The notes: generated by a model not told the origin, from the letters alone. Numbered from the stretch's first letter, positions 27,003 to 40,402 are shown. The stretch: 64,000 bases of DNA from Octopus vulgaris (GCA_951406725.2 OX597828.1:73904001-73968000), one strand, 5' to 3'. Made by a program: numbers and translations.

Positions 27003-27252
27003 ATGTGTGTGTGTGTGTGAGTGTGTGTGTGTGTGCGCGCGTGTGTGTCTGTGTTTGTCCCCCTAGCATTGCTTGACAACCGATGCTGGTGTGTTTATGT
27101 CCCCGTTACTTAGCGGTTCGGCAAAAGAGACCGATAGAATAAGTACTGGGCTTACAAAGAATAAGTCCCGGGGTCGATTTGCTCGACTAAAGGCGGTGGT
27201 CCAGCATGGCCGCAGTCAAATGACTTAAACAAGTAAAATAGTAAAAGAGTAA
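26785..27252 (+). mobile_element. Full-length SINE family A with internal microsatellite
   Basis: tRNA-like head ggcgcaggagtggctgtgtggtaag...ggttcagtcccact, central (TA)n(TG)n, tail gtaaaagagt; many copies in the window. Confidence 0.93.
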
Positions 27253-27382
27253 TATATAAGAGCAGCGATGTAGCAGTTGGCAACATCTACCCGGCCATTC
27301 ACAGATAAATAGCTTCTCTTCAAACCCTATTGTGGGTAAAACTAGCGAACCTTGTCTCGGTAGCCACCCATAAAGAGATATA

Positions 27383-27693
27383 CTCTTTCTTTTACTCTTT
27401 TACTCTTTTACTTGTTTCAGTCATTTGACTGTGGCCATGCTGGAGCACCACCTTTAGTCGAGCAACTCGACCCCGGGACTTATTCTTTTGTAAGCCCAGT
27501 ACTTATTCTATCGGTCTCATTTGCCGAACCGCTAAGTAACGGGGACATAAACACACCAGCATCGGTTGTCAAGCAATGCTAGGGGGACAAACACAGACAC
27601 ACAAACATACATGCACGAATACATATATATATACATATATACGACGGGCTTCTTTCAGTTTCCGTCTACCAAATCCACTCACAAGGCTTTGGT
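27383..27693 (-). mobile_element. SINE family A 3' two-thirds, inverted relative to the adjacent copy
   Basis: Reverse complement of about 26895-27250. Confidence 0.9.
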
Positions 27694-27721
27694 CTGCCTT
27701 TTTTTATATCATATTTATAAA

Positions 27722-28045
27722 TTTTACGTTCTGAGTTCAAATTCCACCAAGGTCGACTTTGCCTTTCATCCTTTCTTCATCAATAAAAAAAGTACCAGTT
27801 GAACACTGGGGTCAATGTAATCGACTTATCGCCTCCCCCGAAACTGCTGACTTTGTGCGAAAATTTGAAACATAGTATATTTATAAATTTTACGTTTTGA
27901 GTTCAAATTCCACCGTGGCCGTCTTTGCTTTTCATGTTTTCGGGGTTGAGAAAATAAGTACGAGTCGAGCACTGGAGTTGATGTAATCGAGTTATACCCC
28001 CACCCCGGAATTGCCAGACCTGCGTCAAAATGTACGACCAATATT
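27722..28045 (+). mobile_element. Two tandem 5'-truncated SINE family B copies
   Basis: ttttacgtt.tgagttcaaattccacc at about 27722 and 27888. Confidence 0.8.
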
Positions 28046-28569
28046 ATATTTATAAATTCTTATTCAATGTCTGTTGAAATGGAAATAAATAAAACACCGT
28101 TTGATTGTTCCGTTTTCACTCTGATACCTGTCATTTCTCTTTGTGTTTATCTTCTATTCCAAGACATCGTTTTCATCAACAAAGAATTTAGTTTACGTTA
28201 TATTGCAATCAAAGCAAAACGACTTTTATTCAAATTAAAAATAACCACTATTATCATTCCTTTCTTTCCTTTCATCCTTCTTCCTTTCATTTGTTTCCTT
28301 TGTTGGGCCCTATTTCCTTTCTATTTCTTCCTTCATTGAAATATTTCAACAATAGACAGCCATTGTGATGTTGGGTCTTTTTCTTTTTTTCCTCTTCTTT
28401 ATTCAACGAGTCGCAGAAAGATCAACGTCAGGGGAATACATTTTTAACGTTTCTCTTCAGTTCTTGATAACTAATTTTTCTCTGATCATTACATTACGAG
28501 ACGCTTAATATATAAATAAAACGAAAAAGTAAGTATTTGAATGTATCCCTGTACAAACACACCACACAA

Positions 28570-28612
<43 letters not shown>

Positions 28613-28766
28613 CATATACATACGCCGACACATAAACACACATTCGCATGTGTAGGTGTATGTAGATATACATATGATGTATGTATATAACGCCCATATG
28701 TACATATGTAGATACATATATATGTGTGTGTCTATATACATATATCGTGCATGTGTATTGTATATA

Positions 28767-28812
<46 letters not shown>

Positions 28813-29294
28813 CATATATATACAGTTATGTCACACTATTTGTATCTAAAAGTTATGTAATTAACAGTGATGAATGAAGATTGTATAAAACGTTAGAAGA
28901 AAAAAGAAACAGAGTAAGAGTGGAACAAAACGAAGGAGAGGGGTAATGGAGATTGGAGGAGGGAGAGGGAGGAGGAGGAAACTTACGTCTCTACTCACAC
29001 CAGTCAGAAACCACCAAATCGACAGTTCGTATCCTTTTAGCGACAGGGCATTATTGCCACTACCTTCCAATTCCCAAACATTTCTGTTATTGTAAATATT
29101 TTGCGCGAGAGAATTACAGAGGAATATTTTTTATCGCAGAATTTACCCCTTCCTCTAAATTGCTGGCCTTGTGCCAAAATATGAAATCAATAATAATAAA
29201 AATTATGTTCATGCATTTGTATATGTGTGTGTGTGTGTTGTTATATTTCGGATTGGTCATATTTTTCTTGCCAACTGAACACACGCACTATATA

Positions 29295-29500
29295 TTTGTT
29301 CTTCCCTTGTTTATTCTTGTTTTTATTGGAAACCTTTTGGTACACATTTGTGACCGCTTCATTGACACTTCCATCCACGTGCTTCCTCCTCTTCTGTTTA
29401 GTCCATTCCGTCTCTCTATGACGTGTATCCAGAAGAGGTCACAGATGTGCGACGAAAGATTTCCAGACGATGGAAATAAGATAAAATAAGAACAACGCTA
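29295..29500. mobile_element. Fold-back element with opposed hammerhead-like motifs (same family as 33605-33770)
   Basis: Plus strand cAGAAGA-ggtcacagatgtgcgac-GAAA-gatttc at 29430-29463; degenerate mirror copy at 29328-29366; shared core ccacgtgctt. Confidence 0.65.
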
Positions 29501-29510
29501 AACGAATATA

Positions 29511-29584
<74 letters not shown>

Positions 29585-29820
29585 CAGTGCGTGTGTTTCT
29601 CTGGCGAGAAAAAATAATGACCATCCCGAAATATAACACCTGCTTCAACACGTGATTTCACTTCACCGATTTTGCAAAACAAATCCATAAACATGTGTGT
29701 GTGTGTGTGCGTGCGTGCGTGCGTGTATATATATATATATATATATGTGGGTGGGTGTGTGTGTGTATATACGTATACATATATGTATGTACATATAGAT
29801 ACATATAGATTGGTAGATAT

Positions 29821-29865
<45 letters not shown>

Positions 29866-29868
29866 CAA

Positions 29869-29936
<68 letters not shown>

Positions 29937-30002
29937 GTAGGTAGGTATGTAGGTAGGTAGGTAGGTAGGTAGGTAGATAGGTAGGTAGGTAGGTAGGTAA
30001 GT

Positions 30003-30047
<45 letters not shown>

Positions 30048-30375
30048 CAGAGAGATTGGATGTGTGTTTGTGTATAACTGTTCGTATAAATCGATATAAA
30101 GAGAAGAGCAGAGAGAGAAAACTACCTATGTATGCATATGCACCTACGTCAGTGCGTGTGGGGGTGGATAGGTGGGTGAGTCTCCCGGATCTACGAAAGA
30201 AATACCCGGATTGAAAGAGTCCATTGTGGAAATAATGATAATATTCACCCCAAAAGAAGAGTGTATTACACCCACGCGCGCGCACACACACACACACTCA
30301 CATACATAAATGAATGTATATGAATATATATGTATATTATAAATATATATATTTATATATATAGATAGATAGATA

Positions 30376-30467
<92 letters not shown>

Positions 30468-30542
30468 ATATGTATATATATATATATATATATGTAAATA
30501 TATGTATATGTATATATATGTATAATATGTAAATTATGAATA

Positions 30543-30599
<57 letters not shown>

Positions 30600-30617
30600 C
30601 ATATATATACATACATA

Positions 30618-30778
30618 CAGGAGTGGCTGTGTGGTATGTACCTTGCTAACCAACCACATTGTTCCGGCTTCAGTCCCACTGCGTGGCATCTTGGGCAAGT
30701 ATCTTTTGCTATAGCCTCGGGCCGACCAAAGCCTCGTGAGTGGATTTGGTAGACGGAAACTAAAAGAAGCCTGTCGTA

Positions 30779-30832
<54 letters not shown>

Positions 30833-31045
30833 TGTGTATATATTTGTGTGTCTGTGTTTGTCCCTCTAGCATTGCTTGACAACCGATGCTGGTGTGTTTA
30901 CGTCCCCGCCACCAAGCGGTTCGGCAAAAGAGACCGATAGAATAAGTACTGAGCTTACAAAGAATAAGTACCGGGGTCGATTTGCTCGACTAAAGGCGGT
31001 GCTCCAGTATGTCTGCAGTCAAATGACTGAAACAAGTAAGAGAGT
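30618..31045 (+). mobile_element. SINE family A, near full length
   Basis: Matches 26785-27252. Confidence 0.9.
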
Positions 31046-31100
31046 ATATATATGTATAAATATATATATATATATATATCTATAAATAAATAAATGCATA

Positions 31101-31163
<63 letters not shown>

Positions 31164-31233
31164 ACATATATATGTATATATATATGTATATAAATGTATA
31201 TGTATTATATATAATATATATATATATAGAAAT

Positions 31234-31303
<70 letters not shown>

Positions 31304-31346
31304 ACACCTATATCCACACACACACAAACACACGCATATATGTATG

Positions 31347-31397
<51 letters not shown>

Positions 31398-31896
31398 GTG
31401 CATACATACATACATACATATTAATATATGCATTTGTATCTCATTTGATAAACATATACGAGGTGTGCGCATGCGTTCGTGTGAACGATAACGCCAACTA
31501 AAATGTTGTGATTAATAGTGATATCTAGTAATGGTTAAAAATATGGACGGGGCCTGGATACGTTGATTGGACAGCCGTACTGGCAGTCCTTTCATTTGTT
31601 CAACAATTGAAACGAAAGCGCTGAGTGCACTGGGTGCTCTGGAGTTTCATGGTTGCATTAGTTCTACGACACCTATAATCTGATCAACGGGTTGACGGAG
31701 AGAGAGCATGGAATTAGAGATGGGAGCAATATTGATAATGAGGTTAGGGTCCGCGTTTTTTTTTTTATCATCTTACGGATGGTCATTTACGGATTTAGCA
31801 CTAAGAAGAGATAATGTTTTGATCTACACACACACACATATACACACGCCTCCAAACACACAAACATAAACATAATTGTATATACGTATATGAATA

Positions 31897-31940
<44 letters not shown>

Positions 31941-31996
31941 TATATTCATATACGTATATATATACACATATATATATGCATATTTATATATGCGCA

Positions 31997-32037
<41 letters not shown>

Positions 32038-32130
32038 CTGTGTGTATATGTATATATATGTGAATATATATATGTATATATATATATATATATTTCTGTG
32101 TATGTATATGTATATACATATATGTATGTA

Positions 32131-32184
<54 letters not shown>

Positions 32185-32743
32185 TGTGTATATATATATA
32201 TAGAGAGAGAGAGAGAGGGGGAGAGAGATACGAAAAGACAGAGAGATATGTATGTGTGTGATATCATACCGAGGGGTAAATGACGGCTGATGTATCCGGT
32301 ATTGATAATCTCTGAAGACTAATAACTAGTTGCGTATGTTTCAGGCCAAAAAATAAGCGTTTTATGTGTGTGCGTGCGTATGCGTGTATGTATGTATGTA
32401 TGTATGTATGTATGTATGTATGTATGTATGTATGTATGTATGCATGTATGTATGTTTATACTAAGTAATGAGGAATTGTGTTGAAAAACACCCGACCAAC
32501 TCGTGCATGATAAATAAAGAGAAAATACGATAAAAAACCATGACGATGTTGATAGATTTATGTGTGTGTGTGTGTGTGTGCGTACATATATATATATATA
32601 TATGCAATTACATATATACATATATTTAGATATACATATGCATGTATATGTATTTATATATATATATATGCACACACATATACATATAAATATAGATATA
32701 TATACGCGTACATATATATATATATGTATATATGTATATATGC

Positions 32744-32806
<63 letters not shown>

Positions 32807-33604
32807 AGTGTGTAGATACATATATGTATATATCTGTGTTTATGTATGCATACATACATAAATACGTACTACATACATATATACATAAGTGCGTACGTAC
32901 TTACCTACGTACATACATACATACATACATACATACATACATACATACATAACATACCTACATACATGCATACATGCATACATACATACATACATACATA
33001 CATACATACATACATACATACATACATACATACAAATATACATACATACTACATACCTATTTGTCTCTCTATCTGTAATCTATAATACACTCAGTTATTC
33101 TTTGGGCAACAGAATCATTATAACGAACACTAAATCGAATTTCGTTCCCAAATAATACAATTAATGACACCACCACCACCAACAACAACATCAACAACAC
33201 TAGCATCACTAAGGCTGTTTATGAAAACGTTGATAGCATCTTCTTGTCTTTTACCTCAATGTGATGCGTTGCCATGCAGGGTATTGAGTGCATTCAGTGA
33301 GTGGATATTACATTGTCTATTTAGAGGGTGACTGTTTTGATCCGATGAACATGTATATGCTTGTTCGTGCGTGTGTGTGTCTGTGTGTGTGCGTGTGCGT
33401 GCGGATGTGTGCGTGTGCTGTGGAGTGTGGATACAAAAGGATTGCATTGATGATTACGTAGGTGTAACATCTAGACATTTATATTTATATTCTTTTATTC
33501 TTTTCTACTGGTTTCTGTCATTTGACAGCGGCCATGCTGTCTTCGCCAAATAAACACACGCACTGGATAATCGTTATTCACTTCAGCTTTTATTATCATT
33601 CATA

Positions 33605-33770
33605 ATTTAGCGTCATTTGTCGGAAATCTTTCGTCGCACATCCTGTAACCTCTTCAGTGACTCTTCATCCCACGTGCTTGCCCCTGTTCTGATTAGTCTA
33701 ATCTGTCTTTCTGTCTTTCGCTTAACATATCAGAGGATGTGCGACGAAATATTTCGGACAAAGAACCTTA
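33605..33770. mobile_element. Fold-back element with a minus-strand hammerhead motif and a partial plus-strand mirror
   Basis: Minus strand gtca-CTGAAGA-ggttacaggatgtgcgac-GAAA-gatTTC-cgac (33619-33661); plus strand aggatgtgcgacGAAAtatttc at 33734-33755. Confidence 0.7.
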
Positions 33771-33776
33771 AAATCA

Positions 33777-33843
<67 letters not shown>

Positions 33844-34204
33844 TGCAGTAGTAGTACTAATGCTGAAGCGAAAATGCTTGGCAAAATAAAATGATCATCC
33901 CCAAATATAACAAAGATTGAACACAGAATTTCACATTAGGAATTCAGCAAAACAAATACATAAATGTGAAATATACGTCCTTTACATATGAAGATGTGTG
34001 TGTGTGTGTGTGCATCCGGTCTTGAAGAAAGAAATGTCCGATGTTCTTCTGCACCAAGTCTGACAGTCATTAACCCTAATGTTTTATCCTGACAATTCTT
34101 TGTTTTGCAACATTGAAGAGTTACATCATCACTTTTCGAAATGCAGTTCATGGTGTCTGGTTATATTGTGAGTTTTCTCTTGTTAATCAAGTTTTGTGAA
34201 CCTA

Positions 34205-36325
34205 TGGATGGATGAAAAATTTGTGTTGTTTATGAGTATGAGTTCCATCATGGAACCAATGTATCCCAGACAACTCGAAACATCAACGAGGTGTTTGGTG
34301 ATGAAGTGGTAGATGAGGGCACTGTACGTCGATGGTTTGAGAAGTTCCGGTCTGGTGACTTTACCCTTGAAAATCAGCACCGTGGTAAGCCTGATAAGCT
34401 GGAAACTGTAGTGGAAACGGATGCATGTCAAACTATGCGTTGAGTTACAGCAAGGTTTGTTGTTTTGAATCTAACTGTATTGGACCATCTGAAACAAATC
34501 GGCAAAGTAAAGAAGCTGGCCAAATGGGTACCACACGAACTGAATGAATATCAAATGACACGTCATCTTGAAACTTGCTGTTCTTTGCTGTCGTAGCATA
34601 AAGGGAACGATTTTTGGATCGTATTGTTACGTGTGATGAAACATGGATTCTCGTCAACAATAGTAAGCATTCTGCACGGTGGTTGGTGAGAGACGAAGTG
34701 CAAGTACAACCCAAAAGAATATTCACCAAAAGAAAAGCTAATGGTGTCTGTTTGGTGGTCCAGCGCTTGTGGCATCCATTACAGCTTCATGAGAGCTGGT
34801 AAATCAGTTACAGCAGACGTATACGAGGGGCGTTCAATAAGTAATGCCCCTGACCCACTTCTCATAGCAGTAGAGCAACGACACTTGGCACAGTTATTAG
34901 TCTTTTTCTACATAGGAACTACCCAGAGTTATGCATTTCTCCCATCGTTTGATACAGCTCTGGAGACCGTTTTTGTAGAAGACCCCAGCTTGGTCCTCCA
35001 ACCACGACGTGACTTCAGAAATCAAGGCTGCATCATCTGGGAAACGCTTTCCTTTCAAAATCAACTTCATGGCTGGGAAGAGGTGAAAATCAGAGGGTGC
35101 AAGGCGAGGAGTTCATAGCTGCATGCCTGTGCTTCTGATCTGGCGACACGCGAGTTGTGGACCGGAGCGTTGTCCTGCAGGAGGAGGATGCCTTTGCTGA
35201 TCTTGCCGCGCCTCTTGATTTTGATAGCTTCTCTTAATTTCCTCAAAAGGGAAGCATAATAGGCTCTTGTAATTGTGGTACCCTTTGCCAGGAAATCTGT
35301 CATCACTACTCCGTCCTGGTCCCAGAAGACTGTGAGCATGACCTTGCCAGCGGAGGGCTGCACCCTTGCCTTCTTTGGAGGAGGTGAGTCACGGTGCTTT
35401 CACTGCATTGACTGGGCTTTGGTCTCTGGATCATAGTGATGGACCCAGGTTTTATCCTGTGTGATCAGTCTTTTGAAACATTTTGACTCATCGTCTTGGC
35501 ACATCTCCAAATTCATCCTCGAGCACTCAACGCGTTCTTGCTTCTGGAAAGGTGTGAGCAACCTGGAAATCCATCTGGCAGACACCTTTTGCATATGCAA
35601 ATGGTCATGAATGATAGTTTCCACAGACCCGGTACTAATCTTGACCTTATGGGCTATTTGGCGAATAGTTATGCGTTGACCTTCCAAAATGGCAGCCTCA
35701 ACTTGACGGACAGACGTCTCATCAACGGCAGAAGGGGGAGACAAGATCTGGGAGCTGTTTCCACAGAGTTCCGACCATGTTTGAATTCACAATGCCAGCG
35801 TTTTACAAGGTCATATGATGGGGCATCATCACCATAAGTTACTTTCATTTCATCAAAAGTTTCCCGTGGTGTGCGTCCTTTCAAATACAAAAACCAGATC
35901 ACTGCTCGACACTCAACAGGCTCCATTTCACACTTGACTCAGTTCAAACACCTGTAAATCAGAAACCACAATTAGTTCAGAGCTGTAATTCGCCACTTAA
36001 TCTATAGAGGTATAAATAAGTGTACATGCAAAATTTCAGCTAGATCAAATAAATGCAAGTGGGTCAGGGGCATTACTTATTGAACGTCCCTCGTACATCA
36101 ACCATTTGGATGAAATGATGAGTGGACTTGCAATGAAACAACCGAGATTGGTCAATAGAGACAGGCCAGTTCTCTTGCAAGACAATGCTTGACCACATGT
36201 TGCACAAAGAACGCTACTCAAGTTACAGGAACTGAACTTGGAAGTACTCTGTCATCCACCATATTCACCGAGACCTTCCACCTGCTAACTATCACGTTTT
36301 ACAGGCATTAGACAACCTTTTGCGA
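34205..36325 (+). mobile_element. Older mariner (Mos1/SETMAR-like transposase) interrupted by a nested mariner
   Basis: YEFHHGTN..NINEVFGD, KWVPHEL, DRIVTCDETW, GKSVTADVY then INHLDEM..LLQDNA*PH..HPPYSP across the insertion. Confidence 0.88.
34824..36093 (-). mobile_element. Full-length DD34D mariner, copy 1 (defective), TA target duplication
   Basis: TIRs cgaggggcgttcaataagtaatgcccctgacccactt and mirror; flanking TA at 34822-23 and 36094-95; transposase 34897-35926 with frameshift, stop and small deletion. Confidence 0.96.
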
Positions 36326-36622
36326 TGACCTCCCTTGCAAATGCTATATACGGACACAGACTGTGTGTCGTTAACCAGGTGGAAATGATTTTTCCTGGGG
36401 TTAAAACAACAGTAACATCGTCCTTTACAGGACTGCCACATTCTGTTGGCATAGAAACATTATCAACCGGTGGTACTGTTACTGTATTTCTCTCGTTCAG
36501 AGATTTAAAACGTTGTTTTTCTCCATATATATATATATATATATATATATACCGGAGTAAACACATAAATGTGAAACAAGGTGGAAAAAAGAGTACTCAA
36601 ATACCAATGGTAGAGTAATATG

Positions 36623-36780
36623 CTTTATTTAAAGCAGCAGAAAATTCAACAAAACCTGTTACTCTGAGTTTCCCATTGCCGTTCATCGGACAGTTTTTGC
36701 TAGCAAAAACTGTCCGATGAACGGCAATGGGAAACTCAGAGTAACAGGTTTTGTTGAATTTTCTGCTGCTTTAAATAAAG
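36623..36780. repeat. Perfect 158-bp palindrome with hammerhead-like motif on both strands (Penelope pLTR-like)
   Basis: Arms are exact reverse complements around gct|agc (36701/36702); ctgt-CCGATGA-acg-GCAA-tgg-GAAA-ctcagag-TA-acag. Confidence 0.9.
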
Positions 36781-36855
36781 TATATATATATATAGATACA
36801 TATATATATATATATGCATAGATATATATGCATAGATATATATGCATACATATAT

Positions 36856-36895
<40 letters not shown>

Positions 36896-37094
36896 CATGC
36901 ATGTACGTGTGCGGGTGGGGGTACGTTGGTTTGTATATGCACTCGTAACATAGTGGTCCATCTAAACAGAACCATAGAATAATAGTAGGCTTTAAGAAAG
37001 ACAATGTTCAACTTAAACCCTTCGCGATAGTGCTCAGCATGGCCACAGTCCAATGACTAGAAGAAGTAAAAGAGAAAGTCAAAAGATATTCTCG

Positions 37095-37520
37095 CCGATG
37101 GTCACAAGTATTGAGTACTGACCAAAACAGCGCAGTCGAGCATACGAGCAGCTGAAATGAGGTTCCTCCGATGGATCTTTGGTGTAATGTTACTCGACAG
37201 GGTCCGGAACACGGGGTTCAGGGAGCCTTTCCAGGTCCAGTGTTAGTTCTCAGCATTGCGAGGTCACTGCTCCGGTACTACAGACACATGAATGGAAATG
37301 TCTAAGAAAAGAATCGCAAGACGGATTCTTCAAGCCGAGCCAACAATTAGAAGACCGAAGATTAGAGCAAGAACGGGATGGTCAGATAATATCCATAGTC
37401 TTAGACGGTCAACTGGACAGTGTAATAACGGTTGCTGCTAATGGGAGCCTATGAAAAAGGTGCCTGATGCCACTACTCGCTTGACTCTTTCAGGAATAGT
37501 GAACGGAGATGGATGGATGC
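37095..37520 (+). mobile_element. RTE-clade LINE 3' fragment
   Basis: IRAAEMRFLRWIFGV.LLDRVRN and RIARRILQAEPT.RRP..RARTGWSDNI; ends in ggatggatgg. Confidence 0.75.
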
Positions 37521-37782
37521 AAATCGAAAGTATCAAAGACCGAAGATGAGAGTTATGTAGTTTGATTCCAGGCAATGATTCTGATTCACGATCCTTTTGG
37601 ATTCATCCATGAAGGAATGAGGAATTTTTCAGTTCCGCATTTAGAGTAATTTTGTCAATCGTAAATGTTTTGAAGAGGCGAAAAGAAACGAAATTTTTCT
37701 CTTTATACGAGTGAGTATGTATGTAGTTCTTAAGTGTCTGTGGTTTTAAGTATGTATTTGTTTAGTAGTATTATATGCGTAA

Positions 37783-37827
<45 letters not shown>

Positions 37828-38270
37828 TGTGTGCGTGGTATCCACATTTATGTGTGCAAATGTGAGACTAAATCTCTGGGTGTGCACGCACCGGAGCGTG
37901 TATGTGTTTTATATGAATGTATGTATGCATGTGCCTATGTGTGTGTATATAGGCCTCAGCACATTTGCTTCGTTAAATATTCACGACTACCTATTTAGTC
38001 TCAAGTGTCTTCAAAGACTTTATTATGGCATTCCTTAGAGGATAGAAATAAACTAGTCATGACGGCTACAACCGAACACATCAAACTGTGGAGCGTTGTT
38101 TCATATTGTAATCAATTTAGTTCAACGCTCTGCCATATGTCGTATAGAAATATCCGTGTGGTTTGTACCTCTGTGTCTGCTAGCACACATATAGAAAGAG
38201 AGGGTATGGGAGAAACCGCGTAGGCTTAATCAGTAGAGATTTTTCATACTCCATCTCACACACACACACA

Positions 38271-38318
<48 letters not shown>

Positions 38319-38584
38319 TACACACGTACTCACACACACACTCACACACGCACACACACACACACACAAACACGTTTATATACCTTACGAAAGAAAAGAG
38401 AAATTCATACGATGTGTAGCATATGTGCGGGGTTTTGTGTGCGCGCGTGTGTGGATGTGTGTGTACGCCTATTAATGCGCATGTGTGCGAGTGTATGTGT
38501 GTGTATGTATGAAAGGGAAGACTTCTTTTTCTCTTGTAAGTTTTGAATGTTTATCTTATTATTATTATTTTTTCCACTTTTAAT

Positions 38585-39250
38585 CTTCTTGTCCATCCTG
38601 ATGTCATTACTGAATTCTTCAACAGTTGTTAGCAGTCCTACAAGCTCTTCGTCATTTCTAGCAAACAGATTCAGATCGTCCATATAAACCAGATGGTTTA
38701 TTGTAGTATTGTAGACTTTGAGCCCATACCTGGTGGTATTTAGTTCGTTTGAGAGGGGATCGGTGCCATACAAAAGAGCAATGGGAAGAGGGAGCCACCT
38801 TCAAAGACGCCTCGTTTGATGTTCATGTTTGTTTGTTTGTTGAGCGAAGCGGTCTTCGTCCCAGAGCAATGGGAGAAGTCCGAAACGTGATCCTTTGCTA
38901 TTCGTAAGACCCGCAGAAGAGAAAGCAGGTCAACCCCCGACACCGAGAGCATCGACGGATGGATGGATGAATGCGCATCCAGGCTCAGCGGTTGCGTAGG
39001 AAGTCGGGGACAAGAAACAGAAAGAAAGAGCGAGAGAAAGTTGGAGCGAAAGAGTACAACGAGGGTAGCCACCCCACACCCCCTGCCGGAGCCTCGTTGA
39101 GCTTTAGGTGTTTTCGCTCAATAAACACACACAACGCCCAGTCTGGGAACCGAAACCGCGATCCTCCGACCGCGAGTTCGCTGCCCTAACCATTGGGCGA
39201 TTGCGCCTCCACAGTTGATGTTCATGCTGCTAGTTTGGTTCATTCCTCTG
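38585..39250 (-). mobile_element. R4/Dong-clade RT fragment interrupted by a SINE
   Basis: MNIKRGVFEGGSLFPLLFCMA.IPLSNELN...INHLVYMDDLNLFA. Confidence 0.8.
38828..39214 (-). mobile_element. Full-length tRNA-derived SINE (family C) with 12-bp TSD
   Basis: ttgatgttcatg at 38816-38827 and 39215-39226; tRNA-like head ggaggcgcaatcgcccaatggttagggcagcg; (AAAC)n tail. Confidence 0.9.
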
Positions 39251-39449
39251 CAATAAGTGTGTATTTATTTGCTCTCTTTGTCTCTAAATGTAACTAATAT
39301 CACCTTATATATCGCGCGCACATGCCGAAACAACCATTTATATATGAGTGTATATATTATATACACTCCTATATAACACATACATATATGCATTCACAAG
39401 TATACATATCTGAGACCATGTGATCAAGTCGGCGTACATTTTATAGATG

Positions 39450-39493
<44 letters not shown>

Positions 39494-39576
39494 TCACACA
39501 CACACATATATATATACGAATACATATATATATATATGCATATAAATACATGTATATACATATATACGCACACTCA

Positions 39577-39669
<93 letters not shown>

Positions 39670-39721
39670 AGGAAAACAACTAGTTTTAAATCTCTGAGCG
39701 AGAAGTAAGTAGTAAGAGTTC

Positions 39722-40142
39722 TACAGAGTAAAATCTATTTACCAATGTAAAGTGGCAGTCCTGGTTAGGACGATGTTACTACCTTCTTTCTAGATCCAGG
39801 AAAACATCTTTTCCAGCTGGCTTCCGACGCACAACTGCGTCCTTATACCTCTGTACGAGATCAGTAACTGTGTGTCACTTTAAAAGTACATACCTCAAAC
39901 AAGGCCTAGTGATGCAATCTCTAGCCAACGGTTATTCCGTGCCGATGAAGTGAAATTACCCAGAAACAATCGTCCGCAGGTTCTCTTCAGGGCTGAGTGG
40001 GGACATTAGCTCCCCTTGATTGAGGTATAAGGACGCAGTTGTGCATCGGTAGATAGTACGAAAAGACGTTTTCTACAAAAAAGGTAGAATCATCGTCCTG
40101 ATCAGGACTGCCACTTTACGTTGGCAAATAAATTTTAATCTA
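39722..40142. mobile_element. Fold-back element with arms of about 125 bp and a central degenerate hammerhead-like motif
   Basis: gtaaagtggcagtcctg..gcacaactgcgtccttatacctc mirrored at 40022-40125; core CCGATGA..GAAAC-aatc-GTC at 39942-39974; related arm at about 36415-36450. Confidence 0.75.
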
Positions 40143-40322
40143 TCTATCTATATATATATATATACCTCAATATGTGATCGCGTGTGTATCGTTGGCGATT
40201 TTTGTTCCTCCGTCTTCCCTTCCTTGGATCTTTCCTTTCCTGAGCGGCGTCCAATAACACTATACTTGTTCCACGTCCTCGTGTTTTCTCTTTGTGTTTT
40301 CGTGTTTGGATTAACTTTATAT

Positions 40323-40402
<80 letters not shown>

